Positions 36,715 to 49,290 of a stretch of DNA of 64,000 bases are shown here, in pieces (positions within the stretch are counted from its first letter, which is position 1; each line of letters starts with the position of its first letter). The translations under genes were made by a program, and so were the position numbers. Source of the stretch: Rhizodiscina lignyota (lineage: Eukaryota); the NCBI GenBank assembly GCA_010015805.1, contig ML978131.1, positions 992,001 through 1,056,000 of the forward strand, in the 5' to 3' direction. A model generated the notes under the pieces. It worked only from the letters and a program-made list of their open reading frames with translations, was not told where the DNA came from and did not search any database.

Positions 36715-37992
36715 TTAACCCAGCAGATCCCCGAGCTTATCTATATACGCCGTCGGCACAACCTCCGCACCTTCTGCCAAAAAGTGCTCCTTCGCCGACA
36801 CACCGGTGAGCACCGCCAAAGTGCCGCCCAGCTTTCCCTCGATGCCAAACCGGATGTCCGTATCCAACCTATCGCCCACCATACACGTCTTGCTGCGATC
36901 GAACTTGAACTTCCCCTCAATCGCGTCCATCATCGCCTGGCTCGGCTTCCCCAGCGCAAGCGGGTCCTTCCCAAACGCCTTCGCGACACCTGCACCGACC
37001 GATCCAGCCCCTGGGAACAAGGAATGTGCCTGCGGTAGTGTGGAATCGATATTCGTCGCCAGATAAAGCGCGCCCTTCCTCAGATACGCAAACGCCAAGC
37101 TCATCTTAAGATAATTGATGTGGAAATCCAGCCCTGCGAGCACGACACCGACGTTCGGATCGAGCGCCGACCCATCTCCGATGTGCTCAAAGTCGGAGGG
37201 GTCGATGTCGCGCCGCAGCGCAGGGTCTGTGCCGCCGATGTAGGGGATGTTCTCGGCTTGAAGTTCTTGCTCGATGCCCGTCTCGCCGAGCACGAAGACT
37301 TTGTTCTTGGGGGGTTGGAGTTTGAGGATGCGGGAGATGTAGACGGCGGCGCTATAGGAGGAGCCGAAGACTTCTTCCTGGTACGATGTGAGATTCTACG
37401 GTTGTGGGAGAATGTGGGAAGGCTGTAGACGTACGGCGCTGGCAGTGATGCCCTTGCTGTCAAACTTCTTCTTGTAGTCTGCTCGCGACTTGGTGCTATT
37501 GTTCGTGACGAAGACGAGTTGTTTGCCTGCCATTGAAAGGTCAGATGGATGTGGATGGCCAATCCGCGTCATAAGGGACATACCCTTCGCTCTTAGCATC
37601 TCTATCGTCTCCGCCGTTCCGGGAAATAGATATTCTCCGGACCATAGAACGCCTGTCCTTCTCATAAGTTCAGCAGCATCTTCAACTTAGGATGACATAT
37701 AGAAGTGGGCGGCGCGGGGCCACGCGACTTCCCAGGAAGGGATATAGCAGATGCTCGTACCGTCGCAGTCGAAGAGAAAGACCTGGGCATAAAACTGTCA
37801 GCTGGCAATGGAATATATGGCTGGAGTCGGTGGTGTGAGACTCACATCGAACTTGTCTATGAACGCATCAATGGCGGCTTTGTCGCCAGTCAGGTATTGC
37901 GGTTTCGACATGGTGCAGAATCCTGTGGGCACGCAGAATCTGCGTCTGGGGAGAACAACAGGGCGATAGAGTGTGGAAAATACCCTTCTCAT
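36715..37992 (-). CDS. PHO13: HAD-IIA phosphatase (4-nitrophenylphosphatase/phosphoglycolate phosphatase, Pho13-like); alternative ATG at 37911
   Basis: Motif I FLFDCD|GVLW split by an intron, [24 protein letters not shown]; four introns. Confidence 0.9.
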
Positions 37993-38397
37993 GCAATTGG
38001 CACAACTCGTTGTTGTCAAACCCAAAAATGTTGAGTCAGTTCGGCGCGGGATGTGCGGCTCCGGAGAGTTCAGGCACGATCGGGAGATGACGTGCAGACG
38101 TATCGAATAACGCTGTGGAGAATTGAGGTTCAACTACTCAGTACTTCAATTTATATTGCAAACTTTCCTGATGATGACGAATTTATGTTTGGATCCAAAG
38201 ATAGGTACCATGATGACTGGCGCTTAGGAGACGCAGATGACGTCTCCAAAGACGCGTTATGTACGACCAGGCACTGCTCAATTCTTGTGAGCTTCTCACT
38301 GATGCATTGCGCGTGGCACCGATAATGCCTATGATAACGAATTGCCTCCTCCAACCATCCGATAATGCGTCGCTCATAGCATCGGCTTCTCATCTAG

Positions 38398-40147
38398 TCA
38401 ATCGATCAGAATCTTCTTCTCCAGCTCCTCATAGTGCTCGAAGAAACTCTCAAACAAATTGATCGCATGCTCAAAATCATGCGCTCCACATGTCTCCCGA
38501 ATACTATGCATGCTCAATTGCGGATTTCCCAGATCCAATGTCCTCGCGCCCAGAGCAGCAGACAGCATCGGCCCAATGGTGCTTCCGCAAGGAGAGTCGT
38601 TCCTAACCACCAGCATCTGCAACGGTACGCCAGCCGCAGCCTTCGATGTGCTTGATGAGGATTTCTTGGCACGCTTTGCGACCTCTTGTAGCAGAACGAT
38701 ACCCGGAGAGTTTGTCGCATACCTTACATTTGCGTTGATTTTCAGAACAGTGCCGGCGTTCATCTCTGGGCGGTGGGAGGATTCGTATTTCGCGGGGTAG
38801 TTGGGGTGCACAGAGTGCGCCATGTCTGCGGAGATGAGGAATGATGTTATGAGGGTCTGTTCGTAGGTGGTGGCGACGTCAAGGTCCTTGACGATCTTAT
38901 CGAAGGACTGGTCGGAGCTGGTTGATGCTGAGTCGCCGTTCCCTGGAAGGACGGAGAGTCGGCGGACAACAGCTGGGAGGAGATTTGAATCAGCTCCTTG
39001 TGCGCTGCGACTGCCTATCTCCTCATGGTCGAACAGAGCGATCAATCTGATGCACGATTCGTTCTCTAGCGCAGAGGGCTCCTTCAGTGATTCGATGAGA
39101 CCCATTGTCGCACAATAGCTCATGCCTATATTATCAAGCCTCGCGCTGAAGATGAGTTCGTCGTTGAGACCACCGATAGCAGCTTTTTGCGTGTCGTAGA
39201 GGACCATTTCGAAATCCAAGACATCGTCGGCATCTACTCCGGCCTCCTTTGCGATGATCTCAACGATGTATGGGTGATGTCGCTCTTTCAGTGCCTTGAT
39301 AGGCTCAAAGCTCTTTTCTGAACTATCCTCAGATTTCTTAGCCGAGTCCGGCTCGTTCGCAGTCTTTCCCTGCCTATTGAGTTCTGCTGCAGCCAGACCT
39401 GCAATTGGGAACAACTGAGTCTCCTTATTGAAGGCAAAGTCATCCTGCCGGTTCAAATGTATTGCCAATGTTGGAATCCTCAAAATTGGCTTCTCCACCT
39501 TGACCAACTTCTGTGTGATTGTGCCGTCTTTCCCTTTGACCAAAGCCCTTCCAGCAATGCCCAAGTCCCTATCGAACCATGTATGCCACAGTCCTCCGCC
39601 ATAGGTCTCCACACCAACTTGTAGATATCCATCACTCTGTCTCTTCGATATGGGCTTTATCCGTAGGCATGGAGAGTCTGTGTGGGCGCCAATCATGGAA
39701 ATACCGTTACCCGGTCTCCATTTCTTTCCAATTGCGAAGGCGATGATAGAGGATCCATTTCGTGTGAGATAGTACTTTCCGCCGGGTTGAAGTGCCGATG
39801 ACCAGGAATCACGTTCCTATGGAGACGTCGGTAAGTTACGTGGTTCATCATGTAGACTATCCCTCAAGTTCTTAGAAACATCTGTGGTTCTGTGGACAGG
39901 GTCCATTCCGTCCAATTATCCGTCCCAAACGGCCCAAAGGACAATTGTCGAATAAGCAGCACGTACCTTGATCGACTTGAACCCAGCCTGGTCTAATCGA
40001 GACTTTGCTGATTGGACTGCGTGGAATGCTATACTTGCAACGTTAGTCTCACGCTGCGTCTGAAGGAAATGCCCACATACGTGTGGGCGATGCGTTCACG
40101 AAGGATAAGAAGCCTTCTGCAGCTGCAAGTGAGGGCTTAGAAGACAT
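38398..40147 (-). CDS. APE4: Aspartyl aminopeptidase (peptidase M18)
   Basis: FVNASPTP|FHAV, GAHTDSP, WFDRDL, RLDN, FDHEEIGS, SADMAHSVHPNY, LSMHSIRE; short 5' exons. Confidence 0.93.
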
Positions 40148-41111
40148 GATGGGCGAACACGTTGTCAAGTGTAGTGCCAATCGAGGAGGCTATGGTGTCT
40201 TTGCAAGTCCTATTCGCAGCTGTGAGGTCGGAGAAAGTGTTTGAGAAGATGGAGAATTGCAGGGCGGCGGTGATGGGTGCTTGGTGGAGCAGCTCGCTCG
40301 GTACTCGGCCTGCAGGCACGCCAGGCGTTAGGGTACCAGAGACGTGCAAAAGCCGCAAAGCCAACGGTCGGCTTAGGGCTCGCCCGAATGATTGGCTGCC
40401 GCTGCTCCTCCACGCCCAAGAACACGCGCTCCCCGACATCAAAACATCGCGCACGCTGCGTGAATTGGAGCAAGCAACACACCGGCGCTGCACTCTCCAT
40501 CTCTTCTTCATTCTCTCACCTCATTCCCAACACCAGCCTTCCGCCTTGCACCTCGCCACGCACCGTCCGTGAAGGTGCTCAATTCACCTCGGTGCCTGTC
40601 AGCCAATTTGGTTGCCGTGGATCTTTTTAGCGGCGCCACTTGAGGCTCTGGGCGTGCGGCCGAGCTTTGACACCGGGGTAAATCGACAACTTCGATTGCA
40701 TTCCAACCACCACAGACCCTCCGCGGAGCCAGCGCCAACGACAACCTCCACTCGCTCCATCGCATCCTCGAAATCACCTCACTCTGCTCTCGTCGCGAGC
40801 GCACGCCAAACCCCGCAAGCGCATCACCCGCACAAGCTCGAGCAGCCACCACTTCACACGTCGATCCCAAGGGGTGCTGCAACGTCGTGCAACGTTTATT
40901 ACCGTCATCAAACAGAGCAACAACCTTACTTGGTCTATCAAGGATTGCGCGCGTATACTCTCATGCGCTGAATTGAAAGATTAAGACAGGCTGCTTGCGC
41001 GGGCTCCTCGCATCGAGTTGACCTTGCGCAAGCTCTTCGCTTCACTCGCTCCTCACAACCTACACAATTCACTCCACACTTCACTCAACATCCGACGCAC
41101 ACACAGCGACC

Positions 41112-43136
41112 ATGGCTGAAGAGGGTGACTCAGCTCTCAGAGTCACAACCTCGAACTCTGGAAATGTTGCAAACGACGTTCACACTCCTACTTTGCTCTC
41201 ACCCCCCGATTCCAAGACTCCTCCAACAATCACAACCTCAAACAAGCGACACTCCGACACCATGGCAAACGCAGGCAGAGACGGAAGCTCAGAACCAGTG
41301 GATGCGCAAGCTTTATCGAAGGCGCTCGAAAAGTTTGAGCAAGCAGGCAGACAAAGAGAGCGCACTCCAGGCGCAAGTCCAAGCAGGAAGCGCCAGAGGA
41401 TATATGGTGACAGGTGAGTCCTCTTGCGCCCGCGCGAAACGTGCGACGTTCAAAAAGCAAGATTAGTCGCTGATATATATTTCACAGATTCATTCCAAAT
41501 CGGTCTGGACAAGACCTCCAATCCTCATACAGCTTACTGCATGAGGATGGTTCACCATCTACTCCTTCGCGATCAAGACAGCGAGCAGCGCATAGTGAGC
41601 TCAACTTCCAGAGGAGTAAGCCAACCCTTTCCTTCCTATGCGCGTCACATGCTGACCATTCTCAATCACAGCGGAGGAAGCCAACCGGATGTACTCCTCG
41701 CTTCTGCGTTCAGAGATGTTCGAATCGACGATTCCACAGAGCATTCAAGCATCTCCTCTACGCCATGGCACAACCTACCATGACCCTACGCACTCACAAA
41801 CTCCTCCAGCAAATCCGTCGTCGATGCCGGCTCCTGCTATGACACCATCCACTCCGCACAAAAACCTGTTCAGCTACACCTCTCCCCACCAAGCTTACAG
41901 TTCTGGACACGGAACACCGTCAAGAACGCCACAGAGCAGACATGGACCTAACCTCAACGTGGATTCGGAGCTCTACAGCCTGTCCCCGATCAAGTTCGGC
42001 AGCCAGAAGATGCTACTGAGCCCTCGAAAGACCCCAAGAGTTGTGAGCAAAGTACCTTACAAAGTCTTAGATGCTCCCGATTTGGCAGACGACTTCTACC
42101 TCAATCTGGTAGATTGGGGCAGTCAGAACATCTTGGGAGTCGGCCTGGGACAATGTGTTTATATGTGGAACTCGTCTTCAGGCCGCGTGACGAAGCTTTG
42201 CGAACTGCCAGATGACACAGTCACTAGTGTCAACTGGATTCAACGGGTATGTACCGAACTTTCCAGAATAAAATGCCTCAATCCTACTAACACTAGCCTG
42301 ATGAACAGGGATCACACATCGCTATTGGCACCCACAAGGGCTACGTGCAGATTTGGGATGCAAACGTACAGCGGCGGCTAAGAACAATGACCGGCCACAC
42401 TGGAAGGGTTGGTGCGTTAGCGTGGAACGAGCACATCCTCACGTCGGGATCGCGAGATCGCCTCATCTACCATCGCGACGTCCGACAGCCGGACCAGTGG
42501 CTGCAAAAGCTGGTGGGCCACAAGCAAGAAGTCTGCGGCCTGAAGTGGAACTCCGATGACGGACAATTGGCGTCTGGCGGAAACGACAACAAGCTTATGG
42601 TCTGGGATAAACTCAACGCCGAGCCAACGTACAAGTGGAGCGAGCATTCAGCAGCTGTCAAAGCCATCGCTTGGAGTCCACACCAGAGGGGTCTCTTGGC
42701 GAGCGGAGGTGGTACGGCAGATCGATCGATCAAATTTTGGAACACACTCATTAGTTCCAACGGCCCAACATCTGCCGCCGCAGTCGCAGCAATGGCGTCT
42801 TCGCCAACAGCGGCAGCCACGCCGGCGAATCTCCTCTCTAGCCTCGACACTGGCTCACAGGTCTGCAACTTGGCATGGAGCCGGAACAGCAACGAGCTCG
42901 TCAGCACGCACGGTTACAGCCAGAACCAGATTATCATCTGGAAGTATCCAAGCATGCAGCAGGTGGTAAGCTTGACTGGACACACCTATCGTGTCCTGTA
43001 CTTGGCGATGAGCCCGGACGGCCAAGTCATCGTTACCGGGGCAGGCGATGAAACGCTGAGATTTTGGAACGCCTTCAAGAAGAGAGAGCCGAGTCGTGGT
43101 TTGGCTGAAGGCAGTTCCTGGGGTGCCATTCGCTGA
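41112..43136 (+). CDS. CDH1: APC/C activator Cdh1/Fzr1 (WD40)
   Basis: C-box DR|FIP across an intron, KVLDAPDLADDFYLNLVDW, WD40 repeats, C-terminal IR tail; three introns. Confidence 0.93.
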
Positions 43137-45263
43137 ATGGCGCGGAATGCAGCTGTTTGCCCGGCACAATTCACATCCCCGCATTGTGCATTTCAAGGGC
43201 TCCACGAGGGGACCACGAGGACACCACGAGGCGACCATGGAGCGATCCACTGCCAAGGCCGGAAGGATCGCGCTTCTATTCAAAGGATTTTCTCTGCAAC
43301 GGAGAAGTTGCAGTTTCGGCATGGCCCAGCATGAGTCCGGTTCAAAACTTCTGTACGATACACCGTGAGCGCCTGTTGGCTGCATTGAGTCTCTGACGAA
43401 CCGGACTGTTACTGCTTACCCTTAAATCTGCTCTAGTACTGATGATTTCACGACCCTGTCCGTCTTCTGCGAGGCGGCATTTCCTGCATGCATGGCGCTG
43501 TTAGGAGTCCTCCATACCATCAAACCCATGGGGTTCAGGGATTCTGGGAGGGACTCTGTGTGCGGTCAGCGGATCTTTGCGGGAATTTCTCTGGCTTTTG
43601 CTTGCTGGGCGGATTTGCAGCGTGGCTTAGTAACCAAATAGCGACTCGAAATGAAATTCAGACGGGCAGATGGGATGCCAGACCATCTGACGCCCGTACT
43701 GATAGTATTTTCAATATTCTTCTATTGGCGGGATGCCGCGCTTCCGTGACTATAATGCTTTGACAGACGGGTTTCTCGCCGCCTCAACAAGTCAAATAGC
43801 AGCGACCCTTACGCCTTGATTGACCGTCGTGACTGATCATAAGCGACGCTCCCTGGCTGGAGGCAGAGCGGAGAGCGAGCTGCATCAAATCGACAGGACC
43901 CCGATGCCTCCTCTCGTACACAACTTCCCTCTTACAAGCATCGGTTTTCTCGGCGTCATGGATCGTGGCGCCAATGCATGTCGCGTGTGCACCGCGTGGC
44001 AGCGCTGGGATCAAGCTTCTTCTTGGCGGCTTGCGTGCCGGCCGGCTCCTTAGGCGCACATCTTCTCTCAACCTCACCTCTCCCGCGCCTTTCCCGTCAT
44101 CCAGCTCGCCGTCAGAACCCAAAGCGGATGTCAGATGTCTCTTTCCCTTCGCAACGCTCCGCTCTCATCCTGCTTCACACCTCGCAAGGCCATTGCTGCC
44201 TCACTCGCGCTGTGGATGAGAAATTCAAAGTACATGTTGCGAGTGCGGCGGTGATGGGCTCTGTCATCCCTGGCCTTGGCCATGCTCACACGCTAGCAAT
44301 GTGCCTGTAGAGAAGGCGGGGAAAACGGCAAGGTTTGGTGTTTGATGCCATTCCTCATACATGCCATTCGTCCTTCCACACGCACTCTAGAAGATTAACT
44401 GTTCGGGGAAGCTGCAGTGCCCTACCCTCCTTCCCCCCCCCCTTCCTTCCCCATGTCTATTCGTACCCCGAATGCTGGTTCGTTTTAACCGTAATCCACT
44501 ACACTTATTTCTCATTCGCCGTCACTTGACTTCGCATTGCTCGCGGCTATCGGTCGAAGCAGCCCCAGCTTAGAGCGCACAGTCCCATCTCCTCTTCTAT
44601 GTTTCTCCTAATCGCTCTGTAACCATTAGACTTTTTCTAGAAACGTCTAGCTTCGCTCGTGTATTCCAATTTCTTCCCAATCGCTCCGGAAGTATAACGC
44701 CGTTACCCCAGTCTTTCTTGTAACTGTACAGAGCCCCAAGTACCATGGGTGCTATAGCTTTATGATTTTCTTGCCAGTCTCTCGGCGTGCGGAGATGAAC
44801 GTCACAGCTAGTGACATTTGGGAAGGTCACGAAGGTCACTACCGGTGGTCCCTTGTTTCTCAACCTTGACAAATGCCACGAGGATCCCAACATGGCAACG
44901 CGGGGATAGTTTTCTTCGTGTCGTCTACGTCGACCTCCAACGCTGCGAGCAATCCGTTGCCAGGCGCCACAAAACACCATCAAATAGGAGGGCCTACATG
45001 AAGCGCCGAATCACTCCCAGGCCTTTGGGTCCGCAAAATGAAGCCGGGATATATTGATGAAAGAAGACGTCATTCGCTCGTTGCCGTCATAGCTCGGACA
45101 TCCCGGCCGCTCATGGCTGCCCACGAGGTCTTGGACGATATCACCAAGACATTTCGCATCGCCGGACTTGCATGCCAGGTGATTGCTGCGAATTCGCTCT
45201 CAGATGTGGGGAGCAATCAAAGTGTGGGGAATATTCTCTCGTCCCGCAACTGGGCACCTTGGC

Positions 45264-45270
45264 TATAAAT
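45264..45270 (+). promoter_or_regulatory. TATA box of the oxalate decarboxylase gene
   Basis: TATAAAT about 155 bp upstream of ATG 45420, followed by a CT-rich leader. Confidence 0.6.
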
Positions 45271-45419
45271 CATGTCGTCTCTCGCTGTAGGTAGCCTCCC
45301 GGCATTCCCAAGCTTCACTTTCTTCTCCTCTACGCTCCCAAGCTTCAATTGAACCAAGTCTGCCAAGTCTCGTGGCGTCTGAGCTTCATCGGCTAAGCTT
45401 CTCGTAACATTTCGGAGCA

Positions 45420-47462
45420 ATGAGGTGCCTCACTGATGCGGCCGCTTTCATTTTGGTTGGTTTGCAGCTGACCCGGGCTGCACCGGCTTCCATCAGGGGC
45501 CCTTCTTCGTTACTTGGATTTTCGGAAAGTAACGGAGTCAATAATGAGAACACGGACGACTTCAACCACCCTCTAGCTGATGGCCAAGGCACAACCAATG
45601 CCAATGTTGGTCAATTCCTGGATTTCTCGGACATTGCGGACCCGCAGCCAATCCGAGGGACGAAGGGAGGCACTCAGCCTGGCTCAGGTACGCCTCCTCT
45701 AATACACTCGCAGAGGAGAGCATTGCAAATAACCTCATCGCAGACAACGATATTCTCAACAAACTCTATCCCGACAAGGTGGCTCCTCCGGGGACCGACC
45801 ATGGCGGGTAAGGAGCAATGCAAGACAAAGGCGTCGTGAAGGGCATCGCTAACATTTGTCACATAGCACAATCAACGCACAATGGAGTCTCAGTAAGTAT
45901 CCACACCACAAGTATTTTATATTCGTACCTCCATGCTAACGGCAGGGATACAGGCCAAAGCCACATGAAGTACGTTCCTGATTTGATCGGCGCCACTTTG
46001 AGATCTTGCAGCTAATGTACGGCAGGCTTGGCTTGAACAGGGCTGGTTTCTCTCGGCAGGAGAACACCGTTGTCATGCCAGACGCAACGGCATTCGCAGG
46101 CGTGCAGATGCGCTTGGAGGAAGGTGCGTTATCGTTATTATAACTTTGATGACACGGCGCTAACAAATATTTAGGAGCATACAGAGAGTTGCACTGGGTG
46201 AGAAAGCTTTTCAGCAATTCCACTCGATGGCACACTAATCAAGGTGTAGCACGTGGCTAGCGAATGGGCGTTAATGCTCAATGGTAGCGCCAGAATTCAG
46301 GTAAGTGCCTCCGATATCTCTTCTCGCGCGAGAAACTGAGCTTCGTTAGGCCATCAACGAGAACGGCGAGGCTTTCCTCGACGACGTCAGCAAAGGCGAC
46401 GTCTGGTTCTTCCCGCCGTATGCAACTCTCGAGCTCTCTCTACTGCGGACTTGTTTCTGACCGTCGGCTACAGTGGTGTCCCTCACAGCATCCAAGGTCT
46501 TGGTGGTGGCACAGAGTTCCTCCTCGTCTTCGACGATGGCGAATTCTCAGAAGACAACACATTCCTCGTGTCCGAAATCTTCGCACACAACCCGGTGAGT
46601 ACAAGCCAGCATAAGCCCTACTATGCCGCCATCACTCCTAACCCTCCTTCAAAACAGAAATCCGTCCTCTCCCAAAACCTCGGCGTCCCCATCTCCGCCT
46701 TCGACGGCATCCCGCCCGGCGAGCTCTTCATCTTCCCCGGCACCGCCGCGCCCTCGGATATCGAGAAGCAGAACGTGACCAACAGCAACGGTGTCATCCC
46801 AAAGAGCGCCACGTACAGTTACCACTTCTCCAAGCAGGAGCCGCTGGATGTCGCCGGCGGCAGCGTCAAGATCATCGACCCGCAGTCCTTTCCCATCGCC
46901 GACATGGTGAGCGCGGCGCTGGTGACCGTGGCGCCGGGCGCGATGCGCGAGATCCACTGGCACCCGACGAGCGATGAGTGGACGTTCTTCCTTTATGGGC
47001 AGGGCAGGGCGACGCTGTTTACGGCCGAAGACTCCGCAAATACGTTTGATTTTAGGTATGTCCTCCTTGCTTTCTTCAATATTATTCTCCTCCAAATAAG
47101 GATGCTGACAAGATGCTGCTACCAGCTCTGGCGACGTGGGATACTTCCCACAGTCAAACAGCCACTACGTCCAGAACACCGGCGATGTCGACCTCGTGCT
47201 GCTCGAGGTGTTGAAGGCAGATCACTTCTCTGGTTCGTTGGCCTTACATTACCATCCTTCCCACTCATACCATTCTCTCCGCATGCTGATTTGGATAATA
47301 GACATCGCCCTCGGCCAGTGGATCGCTACCACCCCGCCTCAGATCGTCGAGGATACGCTGAACCTCAGCTCTGCGACGGTCAAGGCACTCAGCAAGGCGA
47401 AGGAGAAGCAGTACGTTATTCCGTCGTCTGGTCCGGTTGCGAATCCCATCAAGTCTTCATAA
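45420..47462 (+). CDS. oxdC: Secreted oxalate decarboxylase (Mn-binding bicupin), 12 exons
   Basis: Signal-peptide-like N-terminus. Cupin motifs GAYRELHW|HVASEW...GVPHSIQG and GAMREIHWHPTSDEW...SHYVQN; lid FSEDNTF keeps the Glu. Eleven GT-AG introns with donors near 45688, 45808, 45893, 45970, 46124, 46198, 46301, 46418, 46595, 47056 and 47233. Confidence 0.9.
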
Positions 47463-48672
47463 GGTTGGACTATGAGGAAGATAAGTGAGCATGAAAGGTT
47501 AGGAGGGTATAGCTGTTAAGTATGCATGGCGGTGCCGCAGTGCGGCACATGGCATGATCTGATGAATTCTCCGCTTGTCCGCAAATGGACTGTTGACTAC
47601 TCTTATTGGTGGAGTATTGTAGCGGCACTTACGATTTTGTCTATACCAATTCGAATCAAAGTAAATTGCAACTCAATGTTAATATCGCATCAATGATGAG
47701 GTCAGAGTGCTAAAGATATTCCCGCATTCCCCCGGTTGAATGACTCCGGTTCTGAATTCTCCGTTCTCCACACTATCGACAGGCAGGCCTTCCAGCTGCT
47801 GTCTCAGCTCGTTCGTCTTACTCTAGAGAGTACGCAGCTCCTCCATATTCATTCTAAGTTCTCCTTCAATACCGTTGCTAGACTCATACAAGTCATGCGC
47901 TGGCTCAAAGTCTACACCTTCCTGACATACTACAAGGAGAAGAACGTCGCTACTGCGCCTCACGCCGTTAACGAAGTCATCCTCTTTGAGTTTGTTCTGC
48001 CATTGTCTCCCACCCTTCTTCGAATGTAGAAAGCCTTTTCGTACATGCAGGCCATTCAATTTCAGCTGATTTAATGTCAGTGAGCCAATAAACAGGGGGT
48101 TTCTCTCCATCGAATACGCAGGGAAGCATGGACGGGAAGCTTGAGGAGGGGCTGAGGATCAAAGTAAAAGAGCAGATCGCTCTTAGGCGTTCCAGCCACA
48201 CACTCCGTCCCCTTCAAGAGGGAAGCTCTTTAAGTCCGACGTGCTCCATAGTATGATGGGTTCCAATGATGAAGATCCGAAGCATCCACCAAAGTGATCA
48301 GGATGGTGATAACGGCAAGACGGTAACACTTGAGAAGAGTGAAATGTTACATTTAGGGTTAGGGTTACGCCGAGTGACTTTCACCCGTATCCATAGAATG
48401 TTCTGCTACGCACCTGACTCTAAATCACAGCACTGCAAACAGTGTCCATTGGAATATAGCTAGAATCTTTGCATCTTAAAAGGTTGGAAAGGGCTGTCCA
48501 TAGAAAAAATAGAATCGGAAATATTAAATCCTCTGATCGACCACGAAAATACACCAACCCTCAAAGGCGCCAAGCCTTACTATTAGATCGCCCGATCACT
48601 TACTTCATCGCATCCAAAACAATTTATCTTCATAGAGATGCAAAATCATACATCTCCGCCGCCATCCTTTCG

Positions 48673-49290
48673 ATGTTCGCCATCATTCTCCCAGGCCGTC
48701 CCTGCCTAACCGACATCCAAACCATCGAGCCTACGAAGTTCGCCTTCTCCTTCCCTTCCGCTCCGCACTTCTCTCACATTGTTGTCTTTATTCTTCCAGG
48801 CAATGTTCTACCTCCCGACACCGCTGCAGGCGTCTTCGTGCAGTTTCCAGGAAGCACGGAGTTCAGGTTCTTAGGGGCCATCGCGAATGAGAAGCAGAGC
48901 GCCATCTTCAGGGTTCATGGCGGCGGGATGCTGAGCGGCGGAGTGATGGCTGATGGGGATGCTATGACGGACGACTCTCGGCCGCCAGCATCACTAGCAG
49001 CAGGAGACGTTACCATTGGCATTTCGATTGAGCCGATTCCGAACATCCAAGCGCAATTGACGAATCTGCAGAGCCAGCGGCCTCAGTCATCGAGCGGTGC
49101 GTTGGTGAAGGCGCCGATGGGCACGAAGGTCCTAGCACAGCGGATCATCCGCAACGCGTTCAATTTCCTGGCCAGTTTTGCTGATGGAGGCAATGAGACG
49201 GTGCCGCTGAAGGCGTTTCAAGAGTGGTGGGCGAAGTTTGAGCGCAAGGTGGAGAATGATCCGGGGTTTTTGGAGAGGGACGATTCATGA
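48673..49290 (+). CDS. OPI10: Hikeshi/Opi10 (DUF775) family Hsp70 nuclear-import factor
   Basis: MFAIILPGRP start, HIVVFILP, LGAIANEKQSAIF, IGISIEP, AFNFLASF, WWAKFERKVENDPGFL. Confidence 0.85.
   Translation: MFAIILPGRPCLTDIQTIEPTKFAFSFPSAPHFSHIVVFILPGNVLPPDTAAGVFVQFPGSTEFRFLGAIANEKQSAIFRVHGGGMLSGGVMADGDAMTDDSRPPASLAAGDVTIGISIEPIPNIQAQLTNLQSQRPQSSSGALVKAPMGTKVLAQRIIRNAFNFLASFADGGNETVPLKAFQEWWAKFERKVENDPGFLERDDS

Noticed and set aside
40165..40175. TCAAGTGTAGT matching the U2 snRNA branch-pairing region
   Set aside because: Isolated 11-mer in the APE4 leader with no flanking U2 sequence or Sm site.
47736..48110. 95-97 aa ORFs on both strands between oxdC and OPI10
   Set aside because: No recognisable motif or splice support; may be a gene relic but this cannot be demonstrated.
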